64,000 nt of DNA, taken from Antedon mediterranea. Its lineage: Eukaryota > Animalia > Echinodermata. The notes under the pieces are model-generated. The model was given only the letters and a program-made list of their open reading frames with translations. It did no database searches and had not been told where the DNA came from. Below, one piece after another: positions 13,705-25,335 of the stretch. Positions within the stretch are counted from its first letter, which is position 1. Each line of letters starts with the position of its first letter. The stretch spans positions 12,817,432 through 12,881,431 of the forward strand of contig NC_092679.1 in the NCBI RefSeq assembly GCF_964355755.1, in the 5' to 3' direction. The position numbers and the translations under genes are program-made.

Positions 13705-14796
13705 GGGTGTCACGAAACCTAAGACCACGAAAGCTAAGACCCCCCTAAGACCTAAGATCACGAAAGCTAAGACCCAAGACCTAAGATTACAAATATTTAT
13801 CTTTCGCACCTGCCTTGTATTTTAACTCCCAACATTTATTCTGAATACCACACCTTAGAATTGGCATTTTACTAAAAAAGAATCACATAAAAAGTAACAA
13901 ATACATTTTTAATTGATGATTTTACAGACGTTTTCCTCGCACACAAAATGACTAGCCTACAGTACAGGGTGGACCCAGTACAGTAGGCCTACCCCATGTT
14001 CAATGTTTTTGTTTCTATGGAACGTCAAAAGAGCAAACATTATATAGAGGGCTGAAAACTCTGTGGAGTCCATCTACAGTGTGGATGGAACAATGTAAAA
14101 TTAAAATTGTAATGATAATAATAGTATAATCATGCAAGTACGAAGAAATAAATACTGGCAAATAAATTTTAATTTAAAAATCATGATAAGTTTTTTTGTT
14201 TCGTTTTCTTTCTGTTTTTATACTTGTACTATTATTGTTGCTCTTTTGGCGCTCCATAGAAACAAAAACATTGAGCATGGGAGCTCGAGGAGTTACATTA
14301 CAGTATACAAAGAAACACATCTGTAAAATCATCAATTTAAAGGATTTATTTATTTGTTATTATGTGTTTCTCCTTCTGAAAGTACTTATAAGTCCTAATT
14401 TTAAAGTGTGGTATTCAGGATAAAGTTAGTCAACAAATTTGGAGTCAAAATACAAGAAAGGCAGGTGCGTAAGAAAAACATCCTCTGAACCAACACAATG
14501 GAGTAAATATATACCAACAAACAACCCGTCAAGTTTGTTTGTTGTAAAGAAAAAATATACATTTACTCAACGGGCGAAAATAATGTGAGTTTATCTATGT
14601 TTTGCGGTAGTATTAAATTATATTTATGGTCCAATAAATGAAACCTACTGTGTTTAAAATTATGTATGGTAAAACAAGTATTGTTTTTAAGCTGTAGTAT
14701 ATCTTATAATTTGTAATCTTAGTCTTGGGTCTTAGCTTTCGTGATCTTAGGTCTTAGGGGGTCTTAGCTTTCGTGGTCTTAGGTTTCGAGACACCC
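13705..14796. mobile_element. MULE-like non-autonomous element, copy 2 (no TSD)
   Basis: highly similar to 2962-4018 along its length (same spurious MQVRRNK ORF); flanks do not match each other. Confidence 0.85.
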
Positions 14797-15675
14797 CAGT
14801 ATCCCTTAGGGGGAACATGTCCAAATCGCATAATCAAAATGGCCGCCATTTTTTACATAAGAATTATGGTTTTAGGATAATTTAAGTTAAAATTGCTTTT
14901 CTCCAAGACTACTCACCAATAATCATTGAAACCTGCTAAAAACATACTCTGGTATTAGAAAGCGAATAAAACAATTAAAAAAAATAAAATGTCCATCGCC
15001 ATAGCAACCGTTGCTACGCATATTTGTACATTACAGATTGTACACAGAATTTTTTCGTAAAAAGGGACAAAAGTTTTTATTTACATTAATAAACATTGTA
15101 TTTTTCATCAATTTTTAAATAAAAACTATCTACTAGTATTTTTAAATATAGTTATGTAAAAAAAAATCAAAATTCTTTTAATAACATAACAAAAATTCAT
15201 TTTTTCTTTCCATAGCAACAGAGTAAAATTACAAATTGTACAGCTAGTTTCATTCTATATAAATAAAAATCATCTGATATTATAAGAAAGTTATATATAT
15301 ATAACTTAATAAATCAATTAAAATACTATTTGGGTATTGAAAAATGACTAAAATAATTTAAAAAAATTAAATATTCATCTCCATAGCAACTGTTGCTATG
15401 TACATTGTTACATTACACAGCTTTTAAACAGAATGTTTGAACTGTTTTTTTGGATTACAGTTTATTATACACTGGTTTTGTTTTTTTTTAATTACTTTTT
15501 GGAAAAAAAACTTCTAGTATTGGTAAATATAGTTATCCGTGAATAAGTGCATTTTTATATTTATATTTATATTTAGGTTGAAATTTTCAGACCGTTTGGA
15601 AAGAGTGCTCAATACCAAGGTAGAGCATAAATAAATAAAATAACAGCAGAAAACTTGGTTACTTCATTGTTTTAA

Positions 15676-15731
15676 TCACTACAAATTTGTTTCGTACGAC
15701 CAGCATGTAGCTGGCCGCACTCTTCAGGTGA
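15676..15731 (-). ncRNA. Minimal type I hammerhead ribozyme (minus-strand copy)
   Basis: reverse complement of 15874-15929. Confidence 0.75.
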
Positions 15732-15873
15732 AATATAAAACATAAGTGACACAGTTGTCTGCAATTGCAGATCCAAACAGTTTATCTAAAACAATAGGCT
15801 ATTGTATACGACTTCCTGATGACTCACTTTTATTAAGCACTATGAGACAACTGTGTCACTTATGTTTTATATT

Positions 15874-15929
15874 TCACCTGAAGAGTGCGGCCAGCTACAT
15901 GCTGGTCGTACGAAACAAATTTGTAGTGA
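15874..15929 (+). ncRNA. Minimal type I hammerhead ribozyme
   Basis: stem I TCAC/GTGA, core CTGAAGA, 11-bp stem II GTGCGGCCAGC/GCTGGTCGTAC, GAAA, palindromic stem III CAAATTTG, GTA cleavage triplet. Confidence 0.75.
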
Positions 15930-16965
15930 TTAAAACAATGAAGTAACCAAGTTTTCTGCTGTTATTTTATTTATATTTATATTTATATATATAATATATA
16001 TATATTTTTATAGTTATGTGTAAAAAAGAAACATTATTTAACTAATGTAACAAAAACAGATTTTCACTTCCATAGCATTAGCATCGAAGTAAAATTACGC
16101 AAATTGTCTTGCTAAAGTAGTGTACAGTAGGTTCATTATAAGCAACATTTCATAATAAATTAATTTAAATACTATATATAATGTATTGAAAAATACTACT
16201 TAGTTACTTTGTGAATAAAAACTAACTTCTAGTATTGGTAAATATGGTTATGTTTATAAATATGTATATGTTTAAAAAAAATGTAAAATTATTTAACAAT
16301 AACACATTTTCATTTCCATAGCAACAAAGTAAAATTACACAAATTATCCAGCTAGTTTCATTCTATATATATGCAAAAATCACCTATTACAAGAAATCAT
16401 CGTAAATAATTAAAAGTTAATAAATTAATTTAAAACTGTTTTGGTGTGTTGTAATTGTTTAATCGCCATAGCAGCTGTTGCTATGTATATTTTGTTATCT
16501 AATTTTTACCTAAAATCAAATAAAAAATTTTGCATATCATCTACAGTTCAGAAAATTATTATTTATACAATTTTTCTCCTTTAATTACCATTGTATTATT
16601 TGATTATAATGTTATTCTGATAAGACATGTAGTTTCTATAGAATCATATTTATTGAAGTTTTTCAGAATTCAGATTTCACAGAATTGGTTTCATTTTTTA
16701 TATAATTAATAATACATTGTTTTTTTGTTACCTGAATAAAAACCTAGCACGGTAAATTCATTTTGCATATAATTGAAGGTTTTTTGTTTAGCCCAACTGA
16801 CTGCAAATTTAAATTGTAAAGAAGACTACTTTCTTTAAATAATATTTATCATTATTTAAATTATTTAATTGAATATTAACAAACAAAATAAATGGATACA
16901 AAATAAATGTACTGTATTAACAACTTAGTGAAATGTGCAGCCAAACCCTAAACATCTTGACAAAA

Positions 16966-19559
16966 TTATGGGTCGTCTGTATCGTCTGTCAATTCCTTAC
17001 CATTATATGGATTATTGCAATTTTCTCCACTTTCAGAACGGCATACTTCTGAACATCCTAATCTATCTGTGTAGCAGGGGCAATTGTTGGTACATTAGCT
17101 TTTCCCTACACATGCACAAACCAGATTTTGCAATTTGTCTAATGCAGTTTGGCCTTTAAAAAAAACAGGACTCATTACACCATTATCATTGAATTCCCAA
17201 CCATTTCCAATAGGGTTTGGAAGTTCTGGTTTTGCCACATGCGATTTACACCATGATGCACGTTTGACGTGTTGCAGGAATGACGCTTCACATGGTGGAA
17301 GTTTTGATACTGATGCACAACGTGTTGTTGCTATACGAACCCGTAGCTTATTGAGACATTCATGTGTTCCTTCAAATCGTATAGTAGTATCATAAAGATT
17401 AGCAACAAATTTCCTTGAAGAGTTCACAGCTTTATCTATGTCATCATCATTAAGATCTTGAAGATTATTTAAGTGTTCTTTTGGCATTTTCAGCAATATA
17501 TGGAACACTGTTTTCTTTCCTACTCCAAATAATGATGAGATTGTGTCACATCCTGTAAGGGAATGTGCAGCTGGCAACACTTTACTAACTTCTTTCCCAA
17601 TCCGATCAGCAATTGAATGCACTGGAATATACCTTCTAAGATCTAACATCTTGGTCATGTGCCCAGTCTCAAACCAAACTTCACTAATTCCCTGCATTTC
17701 TTGACAATAATGTGTCAAAAGAACTAGCACGTCTGTATCTGGAGACTGAACAATTAGCCGTCCTTTAGAATGTATAGTGATCATTCGGTTGTTAAAATGC
17801 GTGGCATGCAAGAGCATTCTTGTATCAGCTTCAGTATGAGTTGACGATAAGTCTTCTACAATTTCATTAATCCCTGTCTGATTTACCACCTTTGACATCA
17901 ATCTCATTTGATATCCGCCTGCAATAAATAACATTCTATTTCCAGCCTTGAATATTTCAGGGTGTTGATTTGCCTTTTCCTCGACATAGCTTGAAATAAA
18001 ATTAGTCAGCTCCCCCTTGTTATGCGAAACACCCATAAAGGTTTTCCAATTTGGAAGTGGTCTGTTTTTTTCAACTTGGTAGCGGTATTCATTAACAGCA
18101 CGGCTCCTACGATCTCTCTCTTCATCTTTTGGTGTTTGTTCATCATACCTATCAAAAACCAAATGCACCTCTTCATTCGAACAGAGCAGCTTCTTGATTT
18201 TCTCGAAACAAAAATCTCCGATATCGGCGAATGATGTCATATTCGTAACGTTCATTTTTTGCAAGTCCGCCATTGCGTCTATTAGAACAGCAGATGTTAG
18301 TTCTGATGGTGGGAGGTCTGCTGTGGTTAAATGTTTCACATTGTCCTCAAGGGCATGAAGCAGGTCTGATTTGTTTGTTCTTCGTCTACTTCCATCTTCT
18401 TTGAATAAAGATGGTGGAATAGCAGTTACAGGATAACTTAGAACTGTGGTTAAGTTCACCTCTGGTCTAACCTTTGACAAAAAAAGTGCTCTTTGATATA
18501 TCAATTCTGGTGATAGAGCTATTGTTTTCAACTCTCCTTTGATTTTTACCTTTGTAGTTTTCATGAGATGTCTGTAAGTTTTCACCCCAGACCTTGTAAT
18601 TGGATGGTAGAAAGATTTGTTCTTCCCTGGATTTACAACCAAGCGAGAATTGACAAAGTCATCTAACATCTTCTGGCCTTTAGCAGCAATGTTTGATAGT
18701 GAATCATTTATTTCCTTTGTAGAAACAAGTCCTGTGCCCAAGTTTACAAGCATTGGTGGGTGTGATGATGCAAATGGATCAGTCACTTTATTGTGTGTGA
18801 TTTATTATTTGTTGTGCATCTGATTCATGATTTATCTCTTTTCATCAGGGCTGGTTTAGTTTGCTCATGACAATCGGTATCACCAGTTTTCTTTCCACTT
18901 CTCTTATGCATCATTTTGGCATACTGACCTAGAATGTGCCGTATGCATGTCCACCTCAGTACAGCTGAACCTCTACGAGTCAATCCTATTATGCCGCTAT
19001 GGCTCTTGCTATCTTTTATAATTGTCGTCTCCACTCCCATGTCTGTCCAAATTCCCTTAAACTTCCCTGGTGACTTTCCATCATTAAATGCCTTAGAAAC
19101 CGATTCAGGGGGGGGGGGGGGGAATTAATCATTTCTAAACCATACAGTGTTCCCCATCGAGCATAATTTGGTCGGTCTGCAACAAAAAAATATGTTCATG
19201 TGGCTGCAAATATGTAACTTCCAGTCGCCTTCTCTTTCTGCTCTTATGTTGGAAAGCATTATTTGTATGACGTTGTTCTCAGTCTCTTGCTTCCGTTTCT
19301 TTGCAAGTGCACGCTTCCGGATATCTGTATATGATGACCTACACTGAAAGTGGAATTTTATATTTGATATTGGTTGGTTGGTATTCCGAATATGTTTGAC
19401 CCTTTCGGCCACGTCATCCTGACGCTCGTCGCAAGAGTTAAGGAAAGTACTTAATCCTTTGTTTGTTATATTGAAAGTCAATTCTCTGTCTGATAGTGGT
19501 CCCTTCAAACCATTGCAGATGAGACATACTTGCAAGCCTGAAGTTACTTTTAATTCCAT
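16966..19559 (-). pseudogene. Academ-type transposase remnant with XPG/FEN1-like nuclease and C-terminal Cys-rich finger
   Basis: motifs IRAEREGDWKLH, LIDAMA, LVFDRY, HTEADTRMLLH, SPDTDV, HSLTGCDT..GVGKK, LPPCEA. Premature stop at 17095 inside the Cys cluster (CAC..*CTNNCPC..C..C..CNNP, natural stop 16966); frameshifts near 18820 and 19125. Confidence 0.82.
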
Positions 19560-22500
19560 GTTCTATTAGAAAATTACAGAATAAATTGGTTTACAGTATA
19601 AAATAATACATATAATAATAATACAGAAGGCTCGTCTGTTTAAATAATAGCCTAAATCACACTAACTTCAACTGTTATACTTTACTTAGTATTTTTTTTA
19701 AAGAATGTTCTGTACCAAGGTGTGTAAATATAATTTCTGTTGGAGAAAAATATAAAAACAAATTACTTGCTAACTATAGATATTATTCAGTTTCAGTGGG
19801 TTATTAATTGTTTGTTCAAGGAAAAAAAGTTTTCACTTTTTAATATTATTTTTATATTTGGATCTTACTTTGTCAAATCAATTCATGTACATCTAAATCG
19901 ATCATTTAAAAAACTGCTATATTTGACACTGAAGCATGGTCTAGGCTAACATACTATATTACTAAGCACCCATGAAGCCTAGCATTACAAGATTATCGTC
20001 AAGTTAATAAACTTTTTATTTGAGAGAATAAATACTACTTAGCCAATGCGAAGGCCTAGCCTAGAGGAATACTTTAATAACAGAAGGGCCTAAGAATTAC
20101 AAGATAACTAATTTAAACTTTTAATAATCATAATTAATAATAGAAAGGTAACAATTGATTTACTTGCCTTTAAACACAACTTATTTTAGTATAAATAGTA
20201 AAAAACAAGATTAATGTAGGCCAATTGTTCCAGGCCTGCATTGCTGCGTTTGAAACTTGCCAATTACTTCCTGGTTACGCTTTCCAACTTTCAACCAATC
20301 AAGCCTTCATCTTAAAACTATGTAGAGGGCGCATAGTATAATTTGGGGATGGTAACTTTGTAAATAATGAAACTCATAAAAAAAATCATACTTAATTCAT
20401 ATAGAATGAAACTAGCTGTACAATTTGTAATTTTACTCTGTTGCTATTGAAAGAAAAAATGAATTTTTGTTATGTTATTAAAAGAATTTGGATTTTTTTT
20501 TACATAACTATATTTTAACAATACTAGTAGATAGTTTTTATTTAAAAATTGATGAAAAATACAATGTTTATTAATGTAAATAAAAACTTTTGTCCCTTTT
20601 TACGGAAAAATTCTGTGTAAAATCTGTAATGTACAAATATGCATAGAAACGGTTGCTATGGCGATGGATATTTTATTTTTTTAAATTGTTTTATTCGCTT
20701 TCTAATACCAGAGTATGTTTTTAGCAGGTTTCAATGATTGTTGGTGAGTAGTTTTGGAGAAAAGCAATTTTAACTTAAATTATCCTAAAACCATAATTCT
20801 TATGTAAAAAATGGCAGCCATTTTGATTATGCGATTTGGACATGTTCCCCCAAAGGGATTCTGGGTAATTTTGAGTTGTGACCTTCCCAAGACCTATATT
20901 TTCTAAAAATATAAAAATTAGCCGGTAGTACCTTCATTGCAACCTCATCCTTTTCTAGAGGACTTTTTGGCCATAATCTGCCCACCTAATGCAGCAAGTC
21001 TGAACATTCTCAGTTGGAGATAAGAATATTTCAGATAGCCTCCTGCTTCTTAAGTACATCAAAATACACACAATACACACAAAGTGTTTACAACATAAAT
21101 TCATCTGACTTCTAACCCTTAGTGTTTTTGAATAAAAACAACTTCCTCAATTTAGATTATATTAATGTCTTCACATCTGTTTGCCAAGTTTCAAATCAAA
21201 TTTATTGTACCAGGAATCTAATCAAAGTTATTGAACCTGTTGGACGTGACCCAAATTCAATTTTTTTTCTGGAATTAATTATAAACTATTTATCAAAAAA
21301 AAAATCTAATACAAATATTAAGACCTAGCCTACCTCAATTTTGTATAAGATACAGCCTGCAATAGACTTCCCTTTGTACAAACTACACTTTTTAACCTTC
21401 AGTAGGCGTTCTTTTGTACAAACTGATTTTTATACCCTCTTCATCATCTGCAAAATCTAACAATTTGTAACCAGGTTTGTATAGTTTGAAGACAATTTTG
21501 TGGAAAATCTCTCGAGATTTCACAGGGAATCCGACAAGAGGTCTGTGTTTTTGTTTCCCGTGTTCTTACAGCGCACGCGTGTAGGGCCCTGCTATTAACT
21601 GACCAATCGTAGTAATCAAATAGCGCGCAATATTCTTTCCACCTGAGATTTCACAAGGTTCACGTATGTGTGTGAAAACATGTAATAAGTCGGGAGATCA
21701 AACCTGGTTACAACTTGTTGTAATAATTTAGGCAGATGTAAAAAGGGTATAAGCCTACATTAGGCCTCTCATTGTACAAACTGCATTTTTAGTTAAAACA
21801 GAATACAAACTTCTAGAAGGATTATAAAACATAAAAATGGCTTAAAATGAGTGCATGAATAACTTTGTCTTTGCATACATCAATCTTCCCCTTGCACAAA
21901 TCTCACTGTTAAAAAAAGACATACAAATTTGACCTGAAAAACTCCTGGTAGTAGTTATATATGACATTTGGGAAGGTTCATCTTTTCCAATCCGCCCATA
22001 GGAACCAAGTGGAGATAAGTTATTATTTTCTTGTAATCAAGGCCTGTTTAAATTTAGATGAGTTATTATTTACAATTTATACATGCGTTTGTTTTATATG
22101 CCCTTACGCTGTTAACCCCCCCCCCCCCTTACAAAATGTTTTTCCATGGCTGGTAATATAATATCATGTTTGCTATACTTTTTTTACTATATTTTTCCAC
22201 ATGTTTAGGTTATAATAATATTTATTTTTAACTTATAAGTTTATAATGTAATTGTGTTTATTTAAATGCTTAATTTGAGAAACATTCCAATATGTAAAAC
22301 CTTGAATACACCTGTGTTTAATGTTGTAGGTCTTCTTTAAAATATTCTATCACCAGCTGGTATTTTAAAAAGACAATTATATCTTGGGGTTATATGCTGC
22401 TTGACACTTGTTCTAGCCAAATTGCCTATAGGCCCCTAGTGCAATTATGTTTACAATGCTTGTGTGTCCCTTGTTAATGCCTTTTATTACATTGTCGTTT

Positions 22501-23154
22501 CACCTGTTCTTGTACATACAATTTGTTGCCTGAGCTGTGTTTGTGATTTTATTGATTTCAGGTGCTATACTTTTAACACAATTATTAGTATTTCATGAAA
22601 CATGTATTTCATTGATTTTTGTATTCAATAAAAAAAAATCTAACAAACGTAAAATAAACGAAACTGTCTTTTTTTTTATGTATGAAAATTTCCTTTAACA
22701 GAAATACAAATATATTATTTATATTGTATAAGTAATATTATATAACTAATTTAGATAAAATTGTTCTCTACATCGCAGTCAAACATATTTAAATGTTTTT
22801 ATTGATTCATAGTCCGTACAATGTTGAGTGTTGCCAGTAGAGAAATTCACATTCAAGGAACAAGAAAACAATATCAAATCAAAACATTTATTGCACTTTA
22901 TTTCAGTACTTTCTCTTAATTTACTAGTTTTACTTAGAATTAAGACAGATTTACCCAAACACATTTAATATTGTATGTGTAAAAAGTATTCTACAGAAAT
23001 TTACAATTCTAACATAACTTGTGTAATATTATATAGGACATTAATTGTAAACAAAGAAAACTCTGCGTTAATTTTTTTAATTAATAAAGCCCAGTTTCTG
23101 CACACGGCCAACTGATTTAATCCAATTTATGATATACACTAAATATAACTTTTT
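19225..23154 (+). repeat. Local segmental duplication, copy 1
   Basis: collinear, highly similar with indels to 25336-28877 plus 29620-29674. Confidence 0.9.
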
Positions 23155-23289
23155 AAAGCCCCCTTTCCTACGTTTTTTAGATCTAATTTAAGATCACAAA
23201 CTATAGTTAATGTAAAAATAATACTATATGGTCCTATTGCGATAACTTTTTTCGTCTTTAAACGGTTAAAAATGTTATGAATGAAGTTT

Positions 23290-24130
23290 TATTTCCGGGC
23301 AACTAGAGGTGTATTACTAATGAGTAGGCCTAGTTTTATTTCATCGGGACTTGCCCCCGATGTTTGTATTTGAACGCAAAAAATGTTTTTTTTATCGCAT
23401 ATGTTTGCCCGCCGGCGGAAAAAAAAAGTAGGCTACGATCGTTTTAATGTTTGCTAACGCGCTATGAGGTGTTGTTTCCGGCTAACTACAGTTGCCTACT
23501 GATGAGCAGGCATATTCTTTTTTTTCATTTATCGCGTATACGGAAAAGTAGGCTACGATCGGGCTGTTTGCTAGCGCGCTATGAAGTGTCCTTTCCGGCC
23601 AACTACAGAGTTGTCCTACTGATGAGTAGGCATTTTTATTTCATCGGGGAATTCCCCTTGACGTTCGAATGAACGCAAAAAATGTTTCTTATTGCGTATG
23701 TTTACCGGCAGAAAAAGTAGGCTACGATCGTGCGGTTTGCTAGCGCGCTATGAAGTGTCTTTCCGGCCAACTACAGAGTTGTCCTACTCATGAGTAGGCC
23801 TAGTTTTATGTCATCGGGGAATTCCCCTTGACGTTCGTATTGAACGCAAAAACATTTTTTTATCGCGTATGTTTACTGGCGTAAAAAGTATGCTACGATA
23901 GTTTTACTGTTTGCTAGTGCGCTATAAAGTTTCGTTTCCGGCCAACTACAGTTGTCCTACTGATGAGTAGGCTTAGATTAGGCCTATTTTTTTTATTGAG
24001 GACTTCCCCCTGACGTTCGTAATGAACGCAAAAAATGTTTCTTCGCGTATGTTTACCGGCGGAAAAAGTTGGCTACGATCGTTTTGCTGTTTACTAGCGC
24101 GCTATAAGTGTTTTTTCCGGCCAAACCAGA
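23290..24130 (+). repeat. Tandem array of ~170-180-bp units (about 5), probably subterminal to a CAG-ended TIR element ending at 24302
   Basis: TTTCCGG anchor at 23292, 23475, 23592, 23760, 23935, 24114; GGGAGAACACTG end at 24302. Confidence 0.8.
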
Positions 24131-24779
24131 GGTGTCATTCAACATAAATGTTATGAGCGAGAGTACCATTTCCGGCCATCTAGGGTGTAAATTACCAAAA
24201 ATCGCTTCGCCACATGGTTGGGGCTGTGACTCAAGTACTTAGGGGGGGGGGGGGGGGGGGGCCGAAGCGTGACGCTTGATGTGAATCCTGGGGAGAACAC
24301 TGCTTTATATGAATTCATTATTGCCAGCGATCTAACTTACTACTAAACAATAGCCAGGTTCGCGCACTTGTCTGGCGGTATCCCTTTGTACGAATCGTTC
24401 AACGTTGGGTCGAGACGCGTGATATCATGTACCAAAATATGTACTGTAGTTATTTTTCAGGCGAAGTTTACGTCGTGTACTGCGTCGACGTACGCTACTC
24501 TACAGCAAAAACGAATTTTGTTAATTGTTCGTATGTTCACCAATTTTTTAATTTACAAGTAACCTTATCTGTACCGTGGGGCACCTAAAATAAATTTTTC
24601 ATCCATTATACTAAACAAAAAAACATGCCATTTTCGCTTAGCCAACATCTTATTATAGCTAAGTTATTACATTTTCAATGTCCTGTATGTCATGAATTTC
24701 TCACCACTCGGAAGTCCAGATGGTACGCACGCATACACTTGGGAGGAATAAACTTATTTCCCCGACTGAAAAAGGTCTA

Positions 24780-25335
24780 CGCTTGCGTTTTTTAAGCCTC
24801 TAAGGCCTGATGTTTCCAAAGTATAAAATACAATTTTTTGAAGACCTGCAGCTCTAGTTTTAAACAGTTTCTTAGCTCAGCCCCAACAATAAAGCTGGTC
24901 ATATTTCGAAGTAGGCCTACAAGAAGTGCATTTTTCGGGACCTAACATCTCTATTTTTCAAACATTTCTTAGCTCAGTCACAACCATGATAGGGACTTAT
25001 ATATTTTGTTTCATGTTTTGAAGTATAATAAGTCCAATTTCCGGGACCTCCAACTCTATTTTTCTAAATTTTCTTTGAACTTTTATTTTTTAAATTGAAA
25101 AATATGGATTGAAACAGTCATCGCGCATCGTTTTTTTGCACGCAGTATTTTATTTATGAATTATAAAAAATGGAAAAAATGGCTACCCTAAATCTGATTA
25201 AAATGACGCTAGAACGCGTTGCTTCGGCCCTTGGCGGCCCCCTGGCCCCCAGCCTAGTGATGCTCGCTTCGCTCGCATAGCCCCCTCGTCGGGGAATGTA
25301 GCCCCCGCGTCGGGAAGATCCTGGCGCCACCCCTG
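24780..25335. mobile_element. hAT-type MITE, partial; same family as 45289-45925
   Basis: shared ATGGCTACCCTAAATCTGATTAAAA..ACGCTAGAACGC and end GGCGCCACCCCTG. Confidence 0.7.

Larger units (their letters stand above)
15631..15974. repeat. Perfect 130-bp inverted repeat with 84-bp spacer (Penelope-like pLTR relic)
   Basis: 15631-15760 is the reverse complement of 15845-15974; embedded in a (TATATT)n tract. Confidence 0.9.
14797..20988 (-). mobile_element. Academ (AcademX-type) DNA transposon, internally deleted; left TIR truncated
   Basis: ~470-bp inverted repeats (14797-15260 vs 20400-20864), probable terminus ...CTGCCCACCTA at 20988, repeated subterminal CCATAGCAAC motifs, XPG/Cys-rich ORF inside. 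Confidence 0.75.

Noticed and set aside
17095-18786. Host FEN1/XPG/asteroid gene
   Set aside because: Intronless, disrupted at both ends and bracketed by long inverted repeats
21122-22161. Duplicated ORFs MFLNKNN.. and MTFGKVH.. as conserved genes
   Set aside because: Identity is explained by the segmental duplication; no protein-like motifs
23290-24130. CTGATGA in tandem units as hammerhead cores
   Set aside because: It lies inside a CCTACT..AGTAGG palindrome; no stem II-GAAA-stem III arrangement follows
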